From positions 496,001 to 560,000 of the forward strand of contig JAIVFI010000007.1 of NCBI GenBank assembly GCA_025558095.1: DNA of 64,000 nucleotides, written 5' to 3'. The notes beneath the pieces are model-generated. The model was not told where the DNA came from. It did not search any database and was given only the letters and a program-made list of their open reading frames with translations. Made by a program: the position numbers and the translations under genes. The DNA comes from Hyaloraphidium curvatum SAG 235-1. Lineage: Eukaryota > Fungi > Monoblepharomycota. Numbering within the stretch: position 1 is the stretch's first letter; each line of letters starts with the position of its first letter. Shown here one piece after another: positions 1 to 12,762 of the stretch.

Positions 1-3000
1 GGTAGGGCCCGCTGTCGCATTCAGATCGCAGTCCGCTTATGTTTTCCATTAGACACCTCGGCGTCACCCGTGACTGCAATGATTGCGCAGGCGTTGTCTC
101 GATTCCTTGGGTTGTCGAAACGCCTTGGCAGCATCTATCGAGACGTTGGTCTCGTCACCATTCTCGGCAACATGACCTTCGACATGGCGACGAATCTGCG
201 TCGACTGCTGGGCAGTTTCCTTTCGGAATCATCGCTTGCGTCGGCGGATGCGTCGTCCCTCTCGCTCGTTGAAGTCGGCTCTGAAGATGGCCAGCCTTCC
301 GCCGTGCAGCTGGTCGGATCGGCAGACGAGCTGCGTTCAAGCCGGCGGAAGCCGTACACGCGGTTCCCCCCAACGATTCTCGAGAACTACAACGCTATGA
401 TGGCGCTTGCCATGCAGTTGTTGGAAGGTGACGTGGAAAGCTGCGGCGTCTGGATCAGGTGTGCCAAAGGGTACGCTTTGCCGTGAGATTCCCCATCGTT
501 CGGCTCATCTCCCGTAATAGCGCGCTCCTTGACCTTGTCGCGGTGGACGAGCTTCGTCCCTCGGCTCTCAAGGTCATGCGCACCATAGGTCTGGCCCTAG
601 CCTCGCGAGACAAGGCGGCGGTCGGCAACGAGTTCGACAAGATATTTGTCGCTGTCATTGAGACGATTCTCAGCGCACCTGCGCGGAGTGTTGCCTTCAA
701 GGCCGATGTCTTTGAGGTCAGCACAGTGCCTGCTCCCTGCTTTGTCGAATCTGAAACAGGTCGCCCCTGCTAGGTCATTGGCGAGCTAATGTCGTTTGCT
801 CCGGTTTTCAAATCTTCCTTCCGTGAAGCCGGAGGCTACATGACTGCGGTTTCCATTCTTGCTTCCCTGGAGGACGTCTTCCTGCGCTCCCCGCCGTTCC
901 CTCTCGACTCGGACTTGGTCGTACCTCACGGACATCTCGCTGCGGTCGCAAGCGTTGGGACGGAACAGGAGCGTGAGAGCATCATTCGCTCCTACAATCT
1001 GGCGGAGGACTTGGCACCGTCTTCGGCGCTGGCCGTTGATTACCCCGCCTGTGCGCGCTTGGTGAACGCCAGCTTGCTAGTTCTAATGGAAGCGTCGAAG
1101 AACGACGAAACCGGAAGGGCTTTGCTGGCCGCCGAGCTCGATTCGCTCATGCAGGCGATCAGACTCAGCGGTATCCTGCAGACTCGCTGGGCTGCGCATC
1201 TCCTGGGGACTCTGTTCTCGCTGGCACTGGAGGACGGCAGTCTGCAGCAAGTCTTTGTCGGGAACACGTGGGAAGCGCCTTTGGAATCCACGTGGGCCTC
1301 ACCCTCGGACGATCCGACGCAACGCTCCGGGTCTTCGTCGTCCTTGGGATCGGCAATGAAGGAGGAGTCCGCCGCGACGCAGCAGGTGACTGCCCTGCGA
1401 AACACCATGGCGAGGTCAACGAGGTTGCTGCGTAATCCGTCGACGTTGGTCGCTCTGTTGGCTTTGCTACCCGATCTCGGCGGCGCGGCACCTCCCAAGT
1501 TGGGCTACGCGTGCCTCATTGCGATCCATGGTCTGTCGCTGGGAAATAGGGGTAACCACGCGCGTATGAGTGGTGCCGCCATGCTCATGCGCCTGCTTGT
1601 GGATCTGTATGCTGCCGAGGGCTGGCTGGCTCCGCACAATGCGCACGCGCAACCTTTGCGGACGCAGTGCCGAGAAACGGCTAGGTTGCTGGCGATGCGC
1701 TTACTCGAGCTCGGCGTCGCTTCGGACACCGAACTTCGTTTCCTGTTCGAGCAAGCCAACCCTGACGCTCCGTGGAACCGCGAAGACCCCGCAATCCTGA
1801 ACGATGTCGCGGAAGTGATCTTGCACGGGATCAAATATGGTCGCACGCCGGCGCACGTTCATTTCGACCATAGGACTAGCTCCCTTTCCGGGGTGATGAT
1901 GGAGAACCAGAGCGTCAACTCGTCCTTCCCGCCCAACGGATGGAGCTACTCGATCTGGCTTCGCGTCCAGGACTTCGATCCGCTGGGGAACGTGAACCTG
2001 CTGACATTGCAGGCGGATGACTCCTCGGACCTTCCGATCCTTGGACTGAGCATCGAGGGCCAATCTCGCAAAGTGGTCGTCACGGCTGGCAAGAGCCACA
2101 TGCGCTTTGAGAACTTTGCGTTGCGCCCCCGCAAGTGGTACCACATGGTCATCGTTCACGCCAGATCGCGCATGACGCAGCTCACGTCGAGCTCGATCAC
2201 GCTGTTCATCGACGGGATCGTCGCGGAGCAGGCAAAGTGCGGTTACCCCTCTGGGAGCTCCAAGATCAAGCGCAGCGTGTTCGGGGTAGCGACCGAAGAA
2301 GCAGCTACTGGGCCGTCGCAGCTCGTTTGGGATTTGGGGACCTGCCACTTTTTCGGCGACGTGCTGGATTCCGATTCCGTGAACATCGTTTACAACCTTG
2401 GACCGCAGTACAGAGGTGCGTCGACTTGCTGCTCTGTTTGCACGTGGCGACTGATCCTGGCATTGGCATTGGCGCAGGCAACTTCCAAGATGCGCTGAAG
2501 AAGTACCAGACGTACGAAATCATCGACAGCGTCAATCTGGATTTTGTGAACAGCGGGAACGAAGACGGCACGGACTTGGGACACCTGGCACTCTCAAACG
2601 CCGTCGTGCGATGCGGAGGCGTCGCAGTGACCGAGGACCAGATCCTGTTCAGTTTGTCGGCGAACATCGAGATTGCGGACGCCAGCGTCAAGTCTCGTGC
2701 CCAGCTGCCCGATCAGAACCTGCTGGTCAACTCGGCAAAGCCCCGCGACCTGCACCTCGCCGACTGGATATCCGCGCCAAGCATGCCTGGAGCCGCGAAG
2801 CTACTCGGCAATGCTTTGCGCATCAACCCGCATCGACTCGTCGATGGCATCTGGAAAGTCGGTGGCTGCGCCCTGCTGGTCAAGTTTGTGGAGGGCATGC
2901 AGTCCCCCGAACTTCTCTTCAAAGCGGTGTGCATTCTCGTGGAATCCGTCCGTTTCAACTGGCGCAACACGGAGGACATGGAGCGGGAACATCTCTACGA

Positions 3001-6000
3001 GGCCTTCGCCAGCGTTCTGAGAAACCAAATCGAGCTGGTGACCGCCGAAGTGGTGGATCAGCTGCTCGTTCTCGTTGGCAAGCTCCCCAACTTGCCCACA
3101 GAGGCTGTGCTCGCGAACACAATGGCGTACCGCTTCTTGTTCCTCGACTTTGAGCTGTGGCGGAAGGCCAGCCGCGACATTCAGAAGCTGATTCTGAACC
3201 AGTTCCAGGACTTCACCGTCGGGAGTCGGAAGCGCGTCTTCAATGCGCGGAGGCTTGGGAAGCTATTCCTGACCAAGCGGCTCCTCATGGCTCTCCGGAC
3301 GGAGGTGTTTACGCAGAGCCTATTGCGGGACGTGGTGCACGTCATTAAGTCCTCGTTGATTGCTTCGTTCAACGTGGACTCGGTGCGGGCCATTGCGACC
3401 TTCATCATGTCGACGCTGCCTCAGAACTCGGCCTCGGATGCTGCGGCGGCGCCGCCCCCGGACGAATGGGGCGGACAGCGCCAGCGCAATGCTACGATGA
3501 CCCCCACGCTCGGAGTTCCGGGCACGGACTGGAACCGGCGCAATCGTGCCGCATCGATCGCAACCGTGTCGGGTGGAACGGGCGGGCCCGGATCCCCCGC
3601 CCGTTCTGGTTACCTTGCTGTGGAACCGCGGACACGTCGCGCGACAGGCGTTCCCGGTCCCGGGGAATGGGATGCGGGGGACTTCTTGTCGTCGAAAAGG
3701 GCTCGCATGCCCTCCACGCTCAACATAACTACGGAATCAACGCGGTCCGCATCGAGATCGGAATGGTACAACGCGGGAGCCCAGCTTCCCTCGCTTGTCG
3801 CCAATGCCGAAACGGAGGAGACCCGCTTCAGTATGCCGCAGGTCGTCACCGAGGTCAGAAACCTGCTGCTGGAGTGCCTGGTCGATATCGTCTGCCGAGA
3901 GCCGGGCAACAACCCGTACGCGGAGCACTTTGTGCAGATGATCACGGCCCGCTGGGTGCTGCTTTTCATGGAGGGCAAGATCAATTCCCACACCGTTGTT
4001 CTGGGCACCCGGCTCATGGCCAAGCTCCTGACGAGTCAGGGTTCCGCCTTCGTCGAGAGGTTCCGCTCGTCTTCGCAAGGCTTCGTCATCATGGCCAACC
4101 TCCTGCCGCGCCATTGGAACCTTCTCGAGGTGCACATAAGCATGCTGGCGCTCGCGTTCGGGGTGGACCAGAGCGAGATCCGCCCGCGGCTGCCCTTTGA
4201 CCTTTCGACTCTGGCCAGCCTTCTTAAGCCGGATGCCACCCGGGCCGCTGTTATGGTTCCCGAGGGTCTCACGCTCGCTTTGACCATGCTGAAGGAGATG
4301 GTCTACGTGATGTCGCGCCAGCGAAGCTACGCGAACGCAAGATTCGGCGGCTGGTCTGGAGCCGGGAGCGACGTTGATGCCGATGAGAGGATGCCCGTCA
4401 TGCGGGACTACTGCCAGCTCGTGAACATTTACTGCCAGCTCTTCGAGAGGCTTTACTCTGCCTCCAACGACGCGAAGGCGCTCCTCGCGTCCGCTGATGT
4501 AGTCGAGCAGCTGTTGCTCATCATCTTCCCTGTGATCTGCGATGCGGCACCAATTCCTGCTGAGGCCGAGATGGAGGACATGGAGTTCGACGGCGACCAC
4601 GGCGCGGCTGCCTCGAGGCGCCAGAACACGCTGGCCATCCCTGTTTCTTCCGCTCCTGCGATCGCGAGTCGTTGGCAAGATGCAGCGGGCCTCGGCGTGG
4701 ACGATGGCAGCAGGCAAAGGACGGTCACCATACCGACCGCATGGCAATCGGGTCCTACAGCCGCTCTCCACGATGATCAGCCGCAAGTCAACGAGGAGCA
4801 GCCTGCGTTTGTTCCCGTCGATCCTCTGAATGCTCAGAGCGACGATCTCGCCGTCGAGGCACATGCAAGCATGCACTCGAACTTGCCGACCGAAGAACCG
4901 CTCCTGCGGGGATCTTCCTCGGAGATGGAAGCCGTCGGGAAAGGGGCATCCGTGGAGACTCTGACCAGGTCTGCGGTCGATCGGCTCTGCGACTTCGTGA
5001 TCTATCTCTGCGTCGAATCCGTCATCGGCGATTACAAGCCGCTATCGGCGCTCGAGAACGTAATGAAAGGCAGCCCGCCTTCCACCCCGGCCGACCAGAA
5101 GCGCTTCAGGGCGTTCCTGCTGGCAAAGATCCTCCAGAAACTGCAGGGCATCATCGCTTCGTCGAGGAACTTGGTGCTCGACACCCGGGTTCAGAGCAGT
5201 CTGAACAAGCTCGCGAGCTATGTCGTGGACAAGCTGTTCCAAGGCTGGTTCAACGATCACGCGGAGCTGGCTTTCGATGTGTTCAGCGCGGTTTTGGAGA
5301 TCATTGAAGCGGACTCGAGGGGCAGCAAGACGGACTCGAACGTGCAGGGTCTGTTCCGGTCTCTGAACAAGGCGATCATGTTCCAGCTCAACGAGTACAA
5401 GAGCGACAAGGACAAGCTGCTGTCCCTGACCAGGAAATGCGCGTACCACCAGAAGATCATCTTCAGCTCGCAGAATGGCGACTCGGAGTTCTACAAGTGT
5501 CTCATCAGCAGGATGTGGAAGATGGTCGCTGGCTCGGACATCGAGCTCAGGAACGAGGCGATCAGCGTGGGTGTTCTTCCGGCAGGGCGCGGTGTGAAGC
5601 GGAGTTGACGGGCCGTCCTAAGCTTTGGAAGCTGCTTCTGCTCCAAAAGCCGGCTGAAATGGCCTCCGTGCTCAAGGCGAAGGGGAAGAGCAATGAGTAC
5701 GCGACTTTCGTCGAAGGCTTTTCCAAGCTCCTTGAGATGGTCAGTTGAGGCACGTCCGCGACCCAGCCTGACAGGTGGACTGACGTCCTATCCTAGGATT
5801 CTCGCCCGTTCTTGGCGTGGATTGCGGACCGGAAAGGCGATCTGGGCACCGTATTCCACGATGCCGTCGACACCGTGTGGGAGAGCTTCCTGGTCGCCGA
5901 GGTCAAGAACGCCATGGAGCTGGACAAGATCTCTGCGAGCAAACGCCTTGCCCGGCTAAAGCGCATCAGCAAACGATCGAGCTCAGAAAAGGCGACGTTA

Positions 6001-9000
6001 GCAAAGTACAACAGCCGGACGGAAATCTGGCTGAAGGATGTGCAGGAGAACGAGTACCTCCGGTACCGCAGGTTTGCGCAGGACGCGCTGGACACGCAGT
6101 CGTTCGTGATGGACGAATGGTCAACCACCTCTGGAGAGATTACCAGGGAATGGAGCCTGTGGGATCCGGCTCTGTATGCCTACGAAACGCCGATGGTCAC
6201 CTGGCAGCTGGACCTTGTCGAAGGGCCCCAACGGATGCGGAGAAAGCTGCGGCGCTCGCGCCAGGCTTCGGACCTGGAGGTGATGCAGATGGATATGGCA
6301 AAGAGGGTGGCCAGCCCTTCTCCTTTGGAACAGGCTTCCCGCCGGTCCGGCGGTTCCGGCAGGCTGCTTGCCGGACCGCAATCGTCGGCTGCCTTGGATT
6401 TGCTGGCTGATGAGGGCAAACTGGGTGGCGATGCCGGCGCAGAGGACGACCTGAAGCAGGAGGAAGCCGCCGCTGACCTTGTTGCCGGGAACACTTCTGC
6501 CGAAGGTGCGGAAGGCGAGGTCGACGATGACGATGAGGAGGACGGTTCCTTGATGGACGAGGACAAGAACCGAAAGGTTGCGCGTTTGCTGGAGGCGGGC
6601 GACACTGTCTTGGAATCGTACAATGCGGCGCGCGTCATGGGCTTGGACATTTGCGAGGGACTCCTTCTCGTTTGCAAGCAGAACATCTACCTCATCGACA
6701 ACTACACGCGCCGCTCCGACGGCGAGCTCGACGACATCGACAACGTACCGATCGATGAGCGAAACCCCTACAATGTCATACTGTCGTACAGCGCAACCCC
6801 TCGCGTGCCGGGACGTTCCCGGCACACGTGCCGCAAGTGGGCTTACGACAACATCAAGGAGGTGCACAGGCGGAAGTTCCTGTTCCGGAATGTCGGCCTC
6901 GAGATCTTCCTCCTCGACGGCCGGAGCTTCCTGGTCACTCTGGAACCGGCCGATCGGGACATTGTATACAACAAGCTCATGTCAAGGGCTTCTGTCGCGG
7001 CGGCAAACAGGACGGACTCGCTGGGCTCTGCGGACGACTGGTCCGTGGGAAGCAAGCTGACCAACATCTTCTTCGCCGCGTCGTCGCTGGCCGAGCTGAC
7101 TACCAAATGGGAGAAGTGGGAAATCAGCAACTTCGAGTACCTCATGAGACTCAATACCCTCGCCGGACGCTCCTACAACGACCTGACCCAGTTTCCCGTC
7201 TTTCCATGGGTCATTGCCGACTACGCGAGCGAGTCGCTGGACTTGTCTCTCCGTTCATCGTTCCGCGATCTCTCGAAGCCCATGGGCGCACAGACCGAGG
7301 AACGGGCCGCTGAGTTCGAGGACAGGTTCCGCAGCTGGGAGGATCCCGACGGCCGGCCGGCGTTCCACTACGGCACCCACTATTCGTCGTCCATGATCGT
7401 GTGCTCTTTCCTCATCCGCTTGGAACCTTTCACCCAGCTTTTCCTGAAGCTCCAGGGAGGTCACCTTGACCACGCGGACCGGCTTTTCCATTCCATCCAT
7501 CACGCGTGGCTGTCGGCGTCCAAGCTCAATACGACCGACGTGCGGGAGCTGATGCCCGAGTTCTACTGCAATCCCGAGTTCCTCAAGAATTCGAATCGCT
7601 ACGACTTCGGCGTCCGACAGAGCGGTGAACAGATCGACGACGTCGTGCTGCCGCCCTGGGCCAAGGGCGATCCGCGCTTCTTCGTCTTCAAGCTTCGTCA
7701 GGCGCTCGAGAGCACCTACGTGTCTCAACACCTGCACGAATGGATCGACCTAATCTTCGGCTACAAGCAGCAGGGCCAGGACGCCGTCATGGGTCTGAAC
7801 GTCTTCCACCACTTGTCGTACGAAGGGGCCGTGGACATGGACGCTATCCTCGATCCGGTGGAAAAGCAGGCTACGATCGGCATAATCCATAACTTTGGCC
7901 AGACTCCGCGGCAGCTGTTCAAGAAGCCGCATCCGCCGCGACTCATATTCCCTCCCGTGGTGTTTTACAAGCTCGCCAAGCAGCCGCAGCTCTTGTTCCC
8001 GGCGCAGAAGGTTGTGCTGAAGACGGAACAGCCAGTCAAGTCCTTGGCGATCTTGAACGACAAGGTGGTCGCTTTCGGCCCCGGGCGGGCGAAAGTGCCG
8101 AATCCTCCGGGGCAGGCGGCCATAGGCACTCGGTACCTGGAGTGGGGCTACGTCGATGGAAGCGCTCGCATTTACCAGATGGAGACCGACCGCCTGGTTG
8201 GCGTCTTTGAGGGGCTTCACACCGGACAACTGACGTGCGCCCAGTTCGCGGACGACAAGACGTTGGTCATCGGAGGGGCGGACACGGTGAGCACACGACG
8301 TTGTTTCGATGCACCGTTGGCTCATTCAGCTTCAGGTTGTCACGGTCTGGCGCGTTCGGCAATCGAAACAAGTCGAGCTCACTCTGTTGTATGTGATGCG
8401 CGGTCATCGCTCTGCCATCGCCTGTGTGGCGGTGTCCAGGCCGTACAATCTGATCGTCACGGGGGCTATTGAGGTTGGTGGCTCGCTGCGGGATCCTGTG
8501 GCTCAATCGCAGGGCTCAACCATTCTGCCTTAGGACTGCTTTGCGCTGGTCTGGGATCTCAACCGTCTGACCTATGTGCGGCATCTTCAGCATCCGGAGC
8601 CAATTACCTTGGCTATCGTCAACGACACCACCGTAAGGAGCCCGGTTTGGCGCACATTTTTGTTACATTTTCTGAATCGATTTCATAGGGCGACATTGCG
8701 CTGTGTTCGGACCTTAACATCAGCGTCTACACCGTTAATGGAGAACTTCTCGCGGCCCGCGAGGTTGCCGTGCTTTCTGCGGACGCCCTACAGTCGTGTG
8801 TCTTCTTCACCGGAGACGGATGGGCGGACGCGGACCTGATTGTGACTGGCCATCGATCCGGCGTTTTGAAGGTGAACGGTGTTGTCGTCCGGACTCGGCG
8901 CGATACTTACAATCCTTGGACGCGCTTGACAGCTGTGGAAGATGAATCTGGCAGGTCCTAGGAAGTCGGAAGAAGGTTAGTCAATGCATTGGGCAAGTCC

Positions 9001-9510
9001 TTGTACCGATCTGATTCTTCGGTTTCAGACTTTTCTCCGCGCTGGAAGCTGGATCTCGTGCACACGCTGTCGCCGAAAGTGGATCCGCGGGCGTGCACGG
9101 CCCTGTACCTTTCGAGGTAAGGCATTTGAGCCGCTCCTAGCCACACACGGCTTATTTTTGCACATGACCAGCTCGCAACGATTCTTACTCAGCGGCGATT
9201 CCGTCGGCCGCGTCCATGCCTGGCTGATGCCGGACGGCTCGGGAACCGAACTGCACTTCCAGAGCCTCAACGACGCCTCCAACTGCGCCTCATGTGGGCG
9301 GAGCATTGGCGGCATGACTCTCCTCGGAGACAAGAGGGTCAACTGCGTCGCTTGCGGCATTGTTTATTGCAGCGAGGTACGCGTTCTTCCTCGACGTTGA
9401 CGGAGACCTGGCTAACGATCATGCAGTGCGTAACTCCGCTGCCCACTCTCCCTGGACGCTACTGCATGGGCTGCGCGGAGAGAGCGCAGAAATACCGCGC
9501 AGAGCTATAG
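1..9510 (+). CDS. Large multi-exon BEACH-domain protein (ConA-like + PH-BEACH + WD40 + C-terminal FYVE-like zinc finger), Bph1/WDFY3(ALFY)-like; 5' end lies upstream of window
   Basis: BEACH motifs ISNFEYLMRLNTLAGRSYNDLTQFPVFPWVIADY, HYGTHYSS, DVRELMPEFY, HEWIDLIFGYKQQG, NFGQTPRQLF in ORF 5812-8472; WD repeats (EGLHTGQLTC, RGHRSAIAC); Cys-rich NCASC..NCVACGIVYCSEC..CMGC end; ORFs joined by short GT-AG introns. Confidence 0.93.
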
Positions 9511-9633
9511 CTCGGGCGCCACTGATACCCCGGTGAATGAGTTTTAGACGTTCTTTGTCGTGGGCATGATGTTTGTATTTGACGATGTGTCAAGAGATGA
9601 ATGATTGCGAAACTCCTACGCACTGACACTCGA

Positions 9634-12161
9634 TCACGGAGTCCCGGGCCTCGCTCCCTTCTGAAGCAAGTGCTTCAACGTGCCATGATCGACGGAGACG
9701 GCCTTGCAAGACAAATGTCAATCTTATGAACCGCAAAACTTTCGAGAGCACGTACTTCGTTTGGAACGAACGCATAGTCCACGCTCTCCAGCATCTGCTG
9801 CAACTTCTCACCCTCGGACCGTGGCTTCACGTCGGCGGAACCTGCGCCGAATGATCCTCCCTCTTCTTCCGTGATCTGCTCCGAGTAATCCAAGGTCCGC
9901 ACAGATCGCCTCACCGGCGTGACGTAGGAAGGGACACCGAGGACTGCATAGGACGAGGGGTTAAGTCCGGTGCATGGAAAGTGCCAAGGTTCACCTACGT
10001 TCCCGCTCGCGTGGTCGCGCCCTAGCCGGGGTCAGCATGATCATCGTACCGGCCTCGGGATGCTTTCCGATGGGCACGAGCTGCTCCACGCGCGAGCGGT
10101 GCGGGTTCGGGTGCGCTGGTGCCTGCAGCCGTGGAGTGCCCGCACGTTCGCGGCCCGAAGCTTCGGCGATGACAGAAGGCTCGGGCTCGGCTTTGACCTT
10201 GACTTGCTCCGAAGGGGAACCCAGACTGAGGCTGCTGAACTGGGAGTAGATCTTGACCATGTCCTCGACGGCTTCCTTGCGCGACTTGCTGGTGCCGGGG
10301 GTTGACGAGCGCTCGCGCGCACCAGGGGTCGTGGTAATTGTGACAATGGGCGACATATCCCTCAAAGGGAGCCCTTCCGGAGTTGCGACCTGCCTGTCCT
10401 CGCGGTCCTCCCGGTCAAGATCGATGATGGAGTGCGGTTCCTCCATGGACGGCGATTCTGGTTCCGAGCTTTGGTCCGCGAAGTGCGACATGGGAGGCTG
10501 CGGGGAAGCAGGAGACTCGGCTTCAAACTCCTCCCGATCGTGCCTCGGGGTAAGGAAGAGGTTGGGGTCCGACACGTGTTCAGAGTGGGGCTCTTCGGGT
10601 TGGAAGCGCCCCCCCTCGGCCGGAGATTCCGTTTCGACGTCCATCTCGACGTCCGCTGGCAACACATCGGCGGCGGAGGCCGAAGCCGATTCGCATGTGC
10701 AGTCCTGTGTCGCAGCTTCCGGCTCCGAGCCTTCAGCATGCACGGTAGCAGCGACTTCTGCCGAAGTGTCTGCCGGTTCCTCGGCGGCCTCGTGAATGGC
10801 ATCGAGGGGATGAGGGACAAAAGCTTCCGTTTCGGCTTCGACTGCGGCCGCATCCAAGCCGTGGTCAAGTTCGTCTCCCTCGGGTTGGTCCGGCGCTCCG
10901 GCCTCCTGCGCGGGTTCTGGGCTCTCGGGGACGCTGACGGTAGGCGTCAGAGCTGGCACCGAGTAACCTGAAAGGCAAGACTGTCACGCATCTTGCAAAA
11001 CTTTAGGAGACGGACAACTCACCGGCAGCTGACATGCGCTCCACAAAAGCGTCAAACTCGGCCTCCAGCAGGTCATCGGGGAAGGCACCCCGATTCTTTG
11101 CTTCCCGGAAGCATCCCACGGCGCCGTCCCACCAGCCCAGGAGTTCCAGCTCGCGGGCTTTGGCGATCCAAACGGATGCATGATTCGGGTCGAGGGCAGG
11201 GGCCTCCGGCTTGACAGCGGGTGCAGGCAGGGAGTGCGCACCAGCGATCGGACTACGCGGCTTGAATCAGAATGCAGGGCGTGAAGCGGCCGACGTCTGA
11301 TGCTCACCTTCCATCTCTGTCGTAGATGTGCTTCCTCTGCAGCTTGTGCGCGCTCTTCAGGCGGTCCTCGAAGTTCGACAGCCCGACTTCCACGCTCAAG
11401 CTCTTGATTGGCGTCGACTGCGACGCATCGAGGCCGCGGACCTTGGGCAGCAGCCTCTTGACCGAGTCGGGCACCGCGGCGTCCGTCCGCGCGACGGAGG
11501 GCGAGTCGAAGAGGCCCTTGCGCGAAACGGCCTGCTCCACGGCCGACGTCGCCTCGGCGAGAGAAGGGCCCTCGCGGAGGGATTTGCGCGCGCTCGGCGG
11601 ATCGGCCAGGCGCTGCTGCAGGACGGCGATGGGCTTCGCTGCCGCGGGCTTGGGAGCAGGAGCAGGCTTCGGCGGCACGACCACGCTCGGCCTGGCAGCG
11701 GGCTTCTGTCCAGTGGGAGCAGCAGCAGTCGCAGGTTTGGCCGGCACGGCGGGTTTCCGTGTCCTGGAATCGCGGGTTTCGCAGTCAGACCCTCCCGTTC
11801 CCCGCTGCCCGAGTGCCACCCACTGCTGCACGGCCCGCTGCTTGAGGAGCTCCCTTTCCTTCCTAAACTGCTCGAGCTTCGCGCGGCGGTCCTCCTGCCG
11901 TTTCGCGGTGTCCTCGTCGGTGCGTGCGGGGCGCGGCGGGACAGGGACCGTCGCAGCGCGTTTCGGCGCGGCGGCCTTGCCCGCGGCGGGCTTCCCCGGC
12001 TCGAGCGTGCCGACGCGCCGCGCACCGGCGGGATTCGCTGGGACGCGCGCGTTCTCCTTTGCTGGAGGCTCCATCTCCTGTGAATTCGAAGTCCGGTAGT
12101 AGGCATCAATCGCCCCCGCGGAAAACCCCTTGGCCGGAATCACAGCTTTTTTCCGAGCCAT
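9634..12161 (-). CDS. Low-complexity basic/acidic protein with CKAP2_C-like helical repeat and TPVRRS motif (putative microtubule/spindle-associated protein)
   Basis: Spliced minus-strand exons: K/A/P-rich N-terminus (MARKKAVIP..), exon ~11025-11185 HASVWIAKARELELLGWWDGAVGCFREAKNRGAFPDDLLEAEF, acidic middle, C-terminal YVTPVRRSVR..YAFVPNEAV; stop at 9634-9636. Confidence 0.6.
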
Positions 12162-12636
12162 GGACGGCGTCGCGGACGACGCCGATGCGGCAGGCGGGCA
12201 GTACAAGTACATGAAGCCGCCGGCGGAGCGGCAGCGGGGCCCCGTGGCGTGGATCCGCCGGGCGTACTACAAGTATGAGCTTGCCACGGCCCTCTACATG
12301 CTGGACCCGTGGGAAAAGACCATATTCAGTCGGTGTCTGCCCGGAGAGGCTCTGCTGGTGCCGCGTCGGGCGTTGGGCTCACCATGGGGCCGAACGGCCG
12401 CCCTCCCACCTGCCCACGCGAACCCCAATACCTGTGCCCACGTTCTCCAGACACCATCGTCGTGTTCTGCTTGGTCTTCAGCGCCTATACGGCGTACCGA
12501 TATACCCCCGACCACATTCGAGAAACGGTGCGCCCTTGCAGTGGACTGCTCTTTCGCCTCCGGCACCTGATCCTCGACTCCAAACCAGATTGACTTCACG
12601 TCGTGGCTCTTTGCCCCGGAAGCCTCCAAGGAATGA
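12160..12636 (+). CDS. Serine palmitoyltransferase small subunit-like protein (SPTSSA/B, DUF3317 family), 3 exons
   Basis: WIRRAYYKYELATALYMLDPWEKTIF|NTIVVFCLVFSAYTAYRYTP; introns 12329-12450 and 12528-12588; start may instead be ATG 12211. Confidence 0.85.
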
Positions 12637-12762
12637 GCTTGCTCTGTCTGATATCTTTGTCTCGGATCTGTATACCCCTCGTAAACCACTACACGAACCG
12701 TGAATACAGATAAGCTCCTAGCATGCCGTGTGCTCGAGAAGATGTCGGCCTCTGCCCCGACG

